Source: Desulfobacterales bacterium
GTDB lineage: Bacteria > Desulfobacterota > Desulfobulbia > Desulfobulbales > JAGXFP01
Assembly: GCA_024637225.1 (NCBI GenBank)
Contig: JAGXFP010000061.1
Location: 1,217-65,216, forward strand
Length of the DNA: 64,000 nt
Direction of reading: 5' to 3'
Shown here: positions 9,544-17,683 of the stretch, piece after piece
Layout of the letters: every line of letters starts with the position of its first letter
Position numbering within the stretch: the stretch's first letter is position 1
Position numbers and translations under genes: made by a program
The notes under the pieces: model-generated
Database searches by the model: none
What the model was told of the DNA's origin: nothing
What the model saw: the letters and a program-made list of their open reading frames with translations, nothing else

Positions 9544-10698
9544 TCACCCAGCTTTTGTAGGTATTATTGTTGCTCGTGGCCTCTGTTCAGCAGGAATAAC
9601 ACGGATATTTGTCGGGCCGACATCAATATCAATTCCGTCAAGATCATTCGGAAACCGTTGCCCTAGGTGCCTTTGGATTAAACGAATAGCTTCTTCACGA
9701 TTTGAAGCATCTGCACCCAACGCATCTCGGACAGAATTATGGAAATTTATTGCCTCTTGCACAGACCTTTGGCGGTCAATATCTGAGAGTCGGTTCAAGT
9801 CTTCATCAGGATCAATCATTATCTCTTTCACTTGGGTACCGAGTTGTCTCGAAAGTGCTTCCGTCACATGCGCCAAAGCTAAATCATCACGACTTTCGAA
9901 ATCTGCCTGTGTTCTATCCAAAGTCTGGGTCGCACATACCATAAGAAGGATTGAGCTAGGTCCACCAGACTCCCAGGTATGATCTCGCCAAGCCTTTAGA
10001 TAACGGCAAATTCGATTCAATTGTTGTCCATGTCGATCCATTTTCTTCTTAAACCACACAACCACTTTCCCAGGATCCGAAGGGCTCCAGCTACCATCTC
10101 TACATGCGAGAGATATCCGGCTAAGTGAATCCCATGCAGACACATCAGCAAACGCAAAGCGGTTCATAAATGCTGACTCCATTGCCATCCTCGACTCCAC
10201 AATCTTTTTAAATTCCTCGTTTGGAGCCACATACAAAGGAAGATCAACATGCGCACGAGTACCATTATTAAGATTTACCCGGACACAAGTGTGTTTATTG
10301 ATAAGATTCCAATTTTTAATTTCAGCAAGAGGAGTTATTAGCCCATGAATCATGTCGTAATACACTTTGGCTGCCACCGTGGGATGTATATCGTTGTCAT
10401 TCCAAATGGAAACCGGGAGATAAATCCCTAAATCGTAATCCATTTCTTGTGGCGGATGCCAACAAGGACCATTGCACGTTTTATATGCCCAAGAACCCTG
10501 TGAACGAAAACGAGGCACAACATCTGGCTTCTCACCCAATCGCATTTCGAGCCACTTCGGGATGGAGATTTTAAGATGCTGTTGAATCTCGTTTTTTGCC
10601 TGTTTCAGTGCAATCTCCTCCTCGGTGATAGGAGAAATGTTCTTCAGGAATGATGGCTTGGAATCTTGGTTAAAAAGTTTACTAAAATTAAGTGACAT
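9544..10698 (-). CDS. CD-NTase (cGAS/DncV-like nucleotidyltransferase) of CBASS
   Basis: FRSQGSWAYKT (GS motif), MDYDLGIYLP (DxD) and AHVDLPLY (third Asp). I prefer the ATG at 10698 because GGAG lies 6 nt upstream, directly after the capV stop. The ORF track starts at the TTG at 10710. Confidence 0.85.
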   Translation of the reverse strand: MSLNFSKLFNQDSKPSFLKNISPITEEEIALKQAKNEIQQHLKISIPKWLEMRLGEKPDVVPRFRSQGSWAYKTCNGPCWHPPQEMDYDLGIYLPVSIWNDNDIHPTVAAKVYYDMIHGLITPLAEIKNWNLINKHTCVRVNLNNGTRAHVDLPLYVAPNEEFKKIVESRMAMESAFMNRFAFADVSAWDSLSRISLACRDGSWSPSDPGKVVVWFKKKMDRHGQQLNRICRYLKAWRDHTWESGGPSSILLMVCATQTLDRTQADFESRDDLALAHVTEALSRQLGTQVKEIMIDPDEDLNRLSDIDRQRSVQEAINFHNSVRDALGADASNREEAIRLIQRHLGQRFPNDLDGIDIDVGPTNIRVIPAEQRPRATIIPTKAG

Positions 10699-10710
10699 AA
10701 TGTTCTCCAA

Positions 10711-11733
10711 TCAGATTTCTGTATTTTTGTTGGGTCCGTAAAAGAAACTTGGCGGGAACGGCTCATGATTTTGTATTTTCTGCAGAAGTATTTGACTAAA
10801 TAGTTCCTGGCTTATCACATCTGCTTGCCCCAATAGCGTTTTTTGGGCTTCAGGACTGATGTTGTCTAAACCAAGGTAACTCGTTTGTTCTGGCTTGGGT
10901 TGGCCATCAATCAGGTAGTGACGATCTTCGAGCCAGTGAGCTAACATATAATTACTCATGGCCTCTTGGGAGTTGATAGTTAACTCGAATAGCCGAAAAC
11001 CCCACCCCTTTGAAGGTTGGCAACATGTACACGTTGGTGCTGAGAGAATCCCCATGTCAGGACTCAATTTTGGATCCATTGCGGTTCCTCTGGCAAAAGT
11101 GCCAATAGAGACAACATGGATTGTCTTAACATCTGGGTGATTAGCGAAGTGCATAGCTTCATGAACAGCAACTAAACCAGGGGCATTTGCCACCAATCCT
11201 CCATCCACAAAGTATTGATTACTGAAGCCGTAAACAGAGAAAAAGGTTGGGGCTGCAGCGGTTGCCATAGCAACATCGACCAACTTGTGTTGCCAATCTG
11301 TACGCAAACTAGTATGATGAGGGGTTTTAAAAAACCTGGGTGTACCTTTAGTGTAATTGACTGATGGGATCATGACTCGATGCTTTAGTTCACCAATAGT
11401 GGTAGTACCAAAGATTTCATCATTCTCTAAAAGAGCTTTCAGATTGTTATTCCGGTATTTTGGCCCAAACAAAGGAAAATATTTGGAAAAGAGACTGCGG
11501 GGCATGAAAATTTCATCTGCTTTGTCAAATAGCTCAACAAGATTAGTAGCTGGGATCTCTTTAGCCAAACCCAACGCCAAAATCCCGCCAACAGATGTAC
11601 CGGCAATCAGGTCGAAACGTTGAGCTAAAGCACAATCAATTTCATTTTCGAGATTAGCAAGCACCTTAGCGGTAAACAATCCTCTGGCCCCGCCACCTGA
11701 TAACGCCAAAATCCAGAACTCACCATCTGCCAT
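10711..11733 (-). CDS. capV: CBASS effector CapV, patatin-like phospholipase
   Basis: LALSGGGARG oxyanion motif, GTSVGG (GxSxG) and a downstream DGG. The ATG at 11733 is preceded by AGGAGG. The 47-aa upstream extension in the ORF track is unlikely. Confidence 0.88.
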   Translation of the reverse strand: MADGEFWILALSGGGARGLFTAKVLANLENEIDCALAQRFDLIAGTSVGGILALGLAKEIPATNLVELFDKADEIFMPRSLFSKYFPLFGPKYRNNNLKALLENDEIFGTTTIGELKHRVMIPSVNYTKGTPRFFKTPHHTSLRTDWQHKLVDVAMATAAAPTFFSVYGFSNQYFVDGGLVANAPGLVAVHEAMHFANHPDVKTIHVVSIGTFARGTAMDPKLSPDMGILSAPTCTCCQPSKGWGFRLFELTINSQEAMSNYMLAHWLEDRHYLIDGQPKPEQTSYLGLDNISPEAQKTLLGQADVISQELFSQILLQKIQNHEPFPPSFFYGPNKNTEI

Positions 11734-11921
11734 TAAGACACACCTCCTAAAATAGCATGTAACAAATTTTGGGTCTTGAAATGCCACATTTTTCAAGCTT
11801 GCAGAAAAGCACGCCCAACGCTTAATAATCCGGGACAGATTCCCACCCCGTTCATTTGAAACACTCCTCGTCATGAAGAGTATAGAAACAGGTTACGCTA
11901 ACTTCTGTTACCACATCATCC

Positions 11922-12155
11922 TCACTTTCTATCTTTTGGAGGGCAAGGGTCGTTTCCGTAACTATTGCCTGCTCTGATTTTTCCGTCGCGTCCGTGAATT
12001 TTTGTGTCAGAGTGCTGGTTTCTGGCAATATCCTGTGCCACCGTAATAGCTTGCGCCTGTGTCTGGGTTACCTTTGTCGCCTTGCAGTTGCCCGCACCCT
12101 TAACCGCCCACCCTTCGGGATGTTTTACAACATGCTGATTCTTACCCTTCGTCAT
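11922..12155 (-). CDS. DUF2188-family small protein
   Basis: MTKGKNQHVVKHPEGWAVKGAGN...ITVAQDIARNQHSDTKIHGRDGKIRAGNSYGNDPCPPKD matches the DUF2188 pattern as I remember it. The ATG at 12155 is preceded by GGAGG. Confidence 0.7.
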   Translation of the reverse strand: MTKGKNQHVVKHPEGWAVKGAGNCKATKVTQTQAQAITVAQDIARNQHSDTKIHGRDGKIRAGNSYGNDPCPPKDRK

Positions 12156-12359
12156 AAATAACCTCCGTATGCGTGTTTGTGACTCCATAATTATTTTTTT
12201 CGCCTATTCCACAACATATGCTCACAAACAAAAGGCGATACGCTCCATGTAGTGTTCATTTCAAATATGTTGGCTCTAAGATAAGACTCATCTAAATGTT
12301 TGGCAAGGTGAAAAATTCATTTTTGTTGAAATAAATGATTTTTTTGTGCAAGATATCCA

Positions 12360-12390
12360 TTGAAAGTCGGATTGAAAGGGACTTTGAAAG
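12360..12390 (+). promoter_or_regulatory. Three direct TTGAAAG repeats with 12-nt phasing in the divergent promoter region
   Basis: TTGAAAG at 12360, 12372 and 12384, lying 45-75 nt upstream of the ATPase start at 12435. Possible operator. Confidence 0.4.
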
Positions 12391-12434
12391 GCCTTTTCGC
12401 TCTTCAGTGACAACTTGACAATTAGGAAATAGCA

Positions 12435-13703
12435 ATGCTTATCGAATTCAATGTAAAAAATTTCCGTTCATTCTTGGATAATCAGACGCTGAGCATGGTT
12501 GCCGGATCAACCAAAGATTTGCAAAGCGAAAACACTTTTTCTCCTGATGAAAACAATATCCCCAGACTACTAAAGTCAGCCGTAGTATATGGAGCAAACG
12601 GGAGTGGTAAGAGTAATTTGATCAAGGCCCTTGCTTTCATGCAGGATCTGGTTCTCTCTTCTTCGAAAGAAAGTCAGGAAGGGGAGGCAATTAAGCGCAA
12701 ACCATTTCTGCTCCATTCCGAAGGGCCAACTCAAGAAAGTGAGTTTGAAGTTGTTTTTGTACAGGATGGCATCCGATATCAATATGGTTTTTCTGCAACA
12801 GGAACCAGGGTGACTCATGAATGGTTGTTGGCTTATTTGGGCAACAGGGCTCAACGTTGGTTTGAGCGCTCTTATAACCCAGTTAAGAAGACGGAAGAGT
12901 GGTATTTTGGACCAAAGTTCGCCGGCCCAAAAAAGACCTGGCAAGAATCTACACGGTCGAATGCCCTCTTCCTTTCAACAGCAGTTCAACTCAACAGCGA
13001 ACAGTTACAACCAGTTTATCGTTGGTTTCATAGGTTGGTTGTAATCGGCCATGGAGAAAGGATTGAAAGGATTTTTACAAATGAGCTCTGTGAGAATGAA
13101 GAAAAGTGCCAAGATGTTTTTAAATTTTTAAAAGAAGCTGGTATTGATGTAGATGGCATTACAATTAAAGAAAGAAAACTGGATAACCTCAAATTTCCTT
13201 CCGACATGCATGATGATTTAAAAGCAATCCTGGAAAAGGATTTACAAGGAAAATCATTCAAGGAAGCGTTTTTCAAACACCAATTTAATAATTCTGATGA
13301 GTTCGCTTTATTCCCGTTAACGGAAGAGTCTGATGGCACCCAAAAGCTATTTGCTTATGCCGCGCCTTGGCTGGATGTTTTGCATAATGGTCGCGTGTTA
13401 ATTGTTGATGAGCTGGATAATAGCTTCCACCCTCATTTAGTGCGTTATTTACTAAGATTGATTCATGATCAGGACTCCAACAAAGCAAATGGTCAACTCA
13501 TTTTTTCAACCCATGATACTTCAATTCTCGACTCCAAAATTTTAAGAAGAGATCAGATCTGGTTTATGGAAAAAGACAGCGATCAGGCAACACAGCTATA
13601 CCCCTTAACAGACTTCCACCCCCGCAAAAAAGAAGCATTGGAGAAGGGCTATCTGCAAGGGCGATTCGGCGCTTTACCATACATAGGAGAGGTTAAGTTC
13701 TGA
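12435..13703 (+). CDS. AAA/ABC-type ATPase (RloA/AbiLi-like, AAA_21-type)
   Basis: 422 aa. Walker A GANGSGKSN, Walker B LIVDELDNSFHP, FSTHD motif. ATGA overlap with the next gene. Confidence 0.85.
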   Translation: MLIEFNVKNFRSFLDNQTLSMVAGSTKDLQSENTFSPDENNIPRLLKSAVVYGANGSGKSNLIKALAFMQDLVLSSSKESQEGEAIKRKPFLLHSEGPTQESEFEVVFVQDGIRYQYGFSATGTRVTHEWLLAYLGNRAQRWFERSYNPVKKTEEWYFGPKFAGPKKTWQESTRSNALFLSTAVQLNSEQLQPVYRWFHRLVVIGHGERIERIFTNELCENEEKCQDVFKFLKEAGIDVDGITIKERKLDNLKFPSDMHDDLKAILEKDLQGKSFKEAFFKHQFNNSDEFALFPLTEESDGTQKLFAYAAPWLDVLHNGRVLIVDELDNSFHPHLVRYLLRLIHDQDSNKANGQLIFSTHDTSILDSKILRRDQIWFMEKDSDQATQLYPLTDFHPRKKEALEKGYLQGRFGALPYIGEVKF

Positions 13704-14362
13704 TGGGAAGTGATCAGCTCTTTCACAAGCGGAAGGCCAAGACGGCTCTTTCACTTAAAAGAAAAAAAGCCAAAAGGTCTTCGTATGATCTGGTTCTTAT
13801 TGTCTGCGAAGGCGAGAAGACAGAGCCGAATTATTTCCGTTCCCTGATTGATGACTTGCAGCTGAATACGGCAAATATCGTCATTGCGAAAAATACTGCC
13901 GGATCATCCCCTGGCACCGTGGTTGACTTTGCCTTGGCTGAATACAAAAAGCAAAAAGAGTACGATCGGGTTTACTGTGTTTTTGATAAAGATCAACATG
14001 CAAATTATGAAAATGCGCTTGATAAAATAAGAAGAGTCAGGCCTGGTAAGGGACATTTAATACTTCCCATCACCTCGGTTCCTTGTTTTGAATTCTGGTT
14101 ATTGCTCCATTTCGCCTACACCACAAAGCAGTTCGATACCGGCCCTGGCTCAATTTGTGCCAATGTTATTTCTGATCTTAAAGACTATTTGCCTCGTTAT
14201 GAGAAAGGTGATGGTGATATTTATCAGGCAATCAAAGATAAGCAGGAGGCTGCAATGACAAACAGTAAGAGAGTTAAGCGACATTGTGTCGCAGCCGGTA
14301 CGGACATGCCATCAACAAACATTCATGAACTGGTAAAATATTTACGACACTTGAAATCATAA
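13703..14362 (+). CDS. RloB-like (Toprim-like) protein, AbiLii-like partner
   Basis: 219 aa. The hallmark LVLIVCEGEKTEPNYF and VYCVFDKD motifs match the RloB family as remembered. Confidence 0.8.
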   Translation: MGSDQLFHKRKAKTALSLKRKKAKRSSYDLVLIVCEGEKTEPNYFRSLIDDLQLNTANIVIAKNTAGSSPGTVVDFALAEYKKQKEYDRVYCVFDKDQHANYENALDKIRRVRPGKGHLILPITSVPCFEFWLLLHFAYTTKQFDTGPGSICANVISDLKDYLPRYEKGDGDIYQAIKDKQEAAMTNSKRVKRHCVAAGTDMPSTNIHELVKYLRHLKS

Positions 14363-14368
14363 AATCTT

Positions 14369-14412
14369 GAATTCCGGGACGTAATACCTAGCTGCCAGTC
14401 ACGGTGAATTCA
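14369..14412. repeat. IS30-like terminal sequence adjoining the transposase stop
   Basis: gaattccgggacgtaatacctagctgccagtcacggtgaattca. Related to the copies at 15824-15885 and 16752-16794. Confidence 0.6.
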
Positions 14413-14964
14413 AATTGCAAGTGCACCACGAGCTTCTTTCCAGAATATTTCACATGGAGTCCGGTAGCCGAGACATTTACGAGGTCGATTGTTTAACCTT
14501 TTAACGGCTTGAATAACGTCTTCTTCTGTTACCTTTTTAAAATCAGTTCCTTTGGGAAAATACTGTCTCAATAACCCGTTGGTGTTTTCATTGGCGCCTC
14601 TTTGCCAGGGAGAGTAGGGCTTGGCAAAGTAAATATCCAGTCCGGTTTTTTCCTCGAATTTCTTGAAATCAGCAAATTCGGACCCGTTATCTACCGTCAG
14701 GGTTTTTCGCATTTTCCTTGGAATGGAACGGAATGATTTGTTGCCCTGGGCGGTCAACGTTGCCGCCTTTTTGTTCTCGAGTTTAGTTGCCAAAAGATAC
14801 CGGCTTTTCCGTTCGACTACTGTGGCGATATAGCCGCTACTTTTTTTACCCTCGATGGTATCGCCTTCCCAATCTCCGTATCGCTGCCGCCCATCAACGA
14901 CCTCGGGGCGCTGGGTTATGCATTTAGAGTTCCGGGGACAGTATATAGAACTACAGAAAGACAA
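14410..14964 (-). pseudogene. IS30-family transposase, N-terminally truncated (catalytic core only)
   Basis: DWEGDT...VDNGSEF...PYSPWQRGANENTNGLLRQYFPKGTDF (DDE core). The HTH N-terminus is missing. The upstream end abuts a partial IS-end repeat at 14927-14952. Confidence 0.8.
14927..14952. repeat. Partial IS30-end repeat
   Basis: gagttccggggacagtatatagaact matches the outer part of the 15824 and 16752 copies. Confidence 0.6.
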
Positions 14965-15127
14965 GGGGTCAATTCTTTATCTGTGACAGTTTGTGTTCAA
15001 TTTTCTCTACTAATCCTCTGGTGTTCTTATCCCAATCATCTAACAGTCTGAAATTGACAACTGGCAGAGTGTGTCACTAGGTGCTATAGTAATTGTATGA
15101 AAATTTCATGACCCAACATTTTGCGAA

Positions 15128-15463
15128 GTGGACAGCAAAGCAAAATATTCCGAAAATGAATTATATAAAGCATTAGAGGAAGTTCGCTCCGGGAAGTACG
15201 AAGCCAATTTAGGTGGTCATGTTTACAAAAAGAGAATCCGGTTTGAAGGCAAGGGGAAAAGTGGCAGTGGCAGAACAATTGTCTGCTACCAAAAAGGTGA
15301 CAAGGCGATATTTGTCCATGGATTTGCAAAAAACGAAAAATCAAACCTATCGAATAAAGAGCTTATCGCTTTGAAGGAGTTTGCAAAAATCCTACTCGGG
15401 TTGTCTGACGAACAAATTCAAATAGCTTTACGGGCAGGAGATTTCATAGAGGTGAAACCATGA
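15128..15463 (+). CDS. RelE/HigB-like toxin (DUF1044-type), possibly 5'-frameshifted
   Basis: LGGHVYKKRIRFEGKGKSGSGRTIVCYQKGDKAIFVHGFAKNEKSNL pattern. The family-typical N-terminus MTQHFAKWTAKQNI is encoded from the ATG at 15108 in a different frame. Confidence 0.7.
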   Translation: MDSKAKYSENELYKALEEVRSGKYEANLGGHVYKKRIRFEGKGKSGSGRTIVCYQKGDKAIFVHGFAKNEKSNLSNKELIALKEFAKILLGLSDEQIQIALRAGDFIEVKP

Positions 15464-15765
15464 GAAAATCAATCGCACAATCAATCACAAGTACCATTAA
15501 AGATTTAAACAAAAGTGGTGTGGTTGACGAAATCACAATGAGAAATATTGAAAACCTGTGTATCCCGGATGTTCACGAGTATACTCCTGAACAAATTATT
15601 ACTATCAGAAAAAAATTTCGACTTAGCCAGGCTGCATTGGCTTCAATATTCAACATAAGCCCTTCAACTGTCCAAAAATGGGAGCAAGGCAATAAAAAGC
15701 CTACGGGAGCCTCACAGAAATTATTAGACATCATTGAAAGGAAAGGAATTCAAGCCCTCGTCTAA
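15460..15765 (+). CDS. HTH (XRE-type) antitoxin partner
   Basis: 101 aa. LSQAALASIFNISPSTVQKWEQG helix-turn-helix. ATGA overlap with the toxin gene. The toxin-first order is HigBA-like. Confidence 0.75.
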   Translation: MRKSIAQSITSTIKDLNKSGVVDEITMRNIENLCIPDVHEYTPEQIITIRKKFRLSQAALASIFNISPSTVQKWEQGNKKPTGASQKLLDIIERKGIQALV

Positions 15766-15823
15766 AACACATAAAAGGATTGGCATATCAAGTTAATTCA
15801 GGTGATGAGTACGGGGTGACCAA

Positions 15824-15885
15824 GAGTTCCGGACCAAGAGTTCAGGAAACAGTATATAGAACTGCTTAGTCATTTGGTGAATTCA
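15824..15885. repeat. Solo IS30-end repeat
   Basis: gagttccgg...cagtatatagaactgcttagtcatttggtgaattca. The last 36 nt differ at one position from 16759-16794. Confidence 0.7.
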
Positions 15886-15974
15886 ATATTCTCACCGACC
15901 AATTCTTCCTAAGGCGAAAGGAAACCGTGTCTGTCCTGCGATTTCCTACATAAAAACGCTGTTCGGTTTTTCCA

Positions 15975-16274
15975 TCAGGGCTTTGTCATTAATCTTTCGC
16001 TGCGCCATACCCTGACAATTCTGACTTTCTTTTTGTCTCTTCGATAAACAATTCTGAAGGGAGGTCGAATAAGTTCCCCCAGATCAACAAGCTCGAATTC
16101 CGGGACTATTCTTCCCATATCGGGATGATCGGCAAGGAGTTCGATATCTCTTATTACTTCTCCGACAAGTTTTTCCCCAATAGAAGAAACCTCTAGCTTT
16201 TGGTAATATTCGAGAACATCCTGTAAGTCATCGAGAGCGGAAGAGGAAAAGGTGATTTTGACTTTAGCCGGCAT
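15975..16274 (-). CDS. ParE/RelE-family toxin
   Basis: 99 aa. ...HPDMGRIVPEF...PPFRIVYRRDKKKVRIVRVWRSERL pattern typical of ParE. Confidence 0.8.
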   Translation of the reverse strand: MPAKVKITFSSSALDDLQDVLEYYQKLEVSSIGEKLVGEVIRDIELLADHPDMGRIVPEFELVDLGELIRPPFRIVYRRDKKKVRIVRVWRSERLMTKP

Positions 16275-16275
16275 C

Positions 16276-16545
16276 CTATTTTACGTTCAGCTTTTTTTTG
16301 ATGTCGGCCAGGCTTATTTCCCTGCCTTCTTCCAAGTCCACCATGCCTTCGACCACCGCTTTCATGAATGCCTGCTTTTCAAGACCGGCTTCATAATCAT
16401 TCAGGTCTTGGACCACGGCTACTCCCCGACCCCTGCTGGTCAGAACCACCGGCCGATGAACCTCACGGACCTGTTTGACGATTTTGCCGGGATTTACTTT
16501 AAGGACGCTGATCGGAACAATGTCTTCGGAAAACTTGGTATTCAT
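16276..16545 (-). CDS. Phd/YefM-family antitoxin
   Basis: MNTKFSEDIVPISVLKVNPGKIVKQVREVHRPVVLTSRGRGVAVVQDLNDYE. The ATG at 16545 is preceded by GAGGAG. Ends 1 nt before the toxin start. Confidence 0.8.
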   Translation of the reverse strand: MNTKFSEDIVPISVLKVNPGKIVKQVREVHRPVVLTSRGRGVAVVQDLNDYEAGLEKQAFMKAVVEGMVDLEEGREISLADIKKKLNVK

Positions 16546-16751
16546 AAACGGCTCCTCGCTAACGACCTGTTGACAGGTCTTAAAATAGCACCTGTTAAAA
16601 GCCAGGTCAAGCCGACTTCTTCCTCGTGGCACAGGAAAGAGTTCGGAGTTCGGGGTCATAATACGAACTACTCTTTTAGAGTCGGCTCATCCGGCTTTTG
16701 AGGGAGCATAGGGGGGCGTTCTTGAATATCAAGGGGGTCATATGTCAGGTC

Positions 16752-16794
16752 AAGTTCCGGGTATATAAAACTGCTTAGTCATTTGGTGAATTCA
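16752..16794. repeat. Solo IS30-end repeat
   Basis: aagttccgggtatataaaactgcttagtcatttggtgaattca. Confidence 0.7.
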
Positions 16795-16963
16795 GGTGGA
16801 GCTGGCCCTGGTGTATTGCTTGAAAATGCGGTGCGGGACTTTCCTTAGGACCGGAATTAAGAGTACACAGGCGAAGGCCGGAGCGATGGCTGATTGGCGT
16901 ATTTCCCTTCTTTCATCCTTCGGGTATAAGTCTCATACGAGCAGACAAGCTGTCAACTCGGCT

Positions 16964-17311
16964 TTATCCTATGATCTGGTGCATGATTTCCCGGAGGGAG
17001 TGACGGTCACTTGCCGACAAACTGCCCATTTTTTTCAAGACAAGAGTTTTTTCTATCGTGGTCAGGATCGGTTTGATCAACGAAGGCTTGAGCAGTCCGG
17101 CTTCCTGCCAGTCTTTCACCTCGGCATCTCCGGTTTTACCGAGATGATGCATCTGGCTGGTGACGGCCATGAGTATGATGTCCGGTCTGTCGTTGTTGTA
17201 CGCGTCGGAGCTGATGATAACCGCAGGCCGTTTTTTGCTGGTTGACTGATCTGTGAAGGGAAACGGAACAAGGATGATATCGCCGAAATTATAGGTTGTC
17301 ATATTCGGCAT
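16964..17311 (-). CDS. PemK/MazF-family toxin
   Basis: 115 aa. GDIILVPFPFTDQSTSKKRPAVIIS hallmark. Confidence 0.8.
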   Translation of the reverse strand: MPNMTTYNFGDIILVPFPFTDQSTSKKRPAVIISSDAYNNDRPDIILMAVTSQMHHLGKTGDAEVKDWQEAGLLKPSLIKPILTTIEKTLVLKKMGSLSASDRHSLREIMHQIIG

Positions 17312-17483
17312 CGTCCGGGTTGTCCCATGCTTTCTGAAAGGATTTTTCTGAAAGCTTAGCGGCGACAGCCGTCAAATGCATGTCGTCGTCACGGTGCCGC
17401 AGAAAGTCGACAAAATCTTCGACCACGGCAATCTTCTCTGGCGGCAAGTTTTGTATCTTTTCAAACAATTCTTGTGGTTGCAT
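17289..17483 (-). CDS. Small antitoxin (DUF2281-like) for the MazF-like toxin
   Basis: MQPQELFEKIQNLPPEKIAVVEDFVDFLRHR. The ATG at 17483 has an upstream GAGG. Overlaps the toxin start by 23 nt. Confidence 0.65.
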   Translation of the reverse strand: MQPQELFEKIQNLPPEKIAVVEDFVDFLRHRDDDMHLTAVAAKLSEKSFQKAWDNPDDAEYDNL

Positions 17484-17646
17484 CGACTCGCCTCTTAATG
17501 TATCGCCCCTGACTTGGTGGCAGTCTGCTGAACTTGCTGCTGAGTTGAAATAGCCGGGCAGGCGCGCTCGGCGCACCATTCCTAAGTCGTCACAGATGAG
17601 GATATTAAATATAATAAACTATTAATGAAAACATGCAAAAATATAT

Positions 17647-17683
17647 CTCCGGAACTCGGGAACTCACTGGAGTTCCGGGACGG
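17647..17683. repeat. Imperfect palindrome at the island's right edge
   Basis: ctCCGGAACTCgggaactcactgGAGTTCCGGgacgg, with 9-bp arms and a 12-nt loop. The second arm is the junction motif found throughout the island. Confidence 0.6.

Noticed and set aside
10711-11874. ORF-track N-terminal extensions: capV to 11874, DUF2188 to 12188, Phd to 16659, the antitoxin to 17579, nadB to 23662, bamD from 32347, nth to 36728, and acr3 to 59721
   Set aside because: In each case an internal ATG with a good Shine-Dalgarno sequence coincides with the start of family-conserved sequence. The upstream extension is unconserved-looking or overlaps a neighbouring gene.
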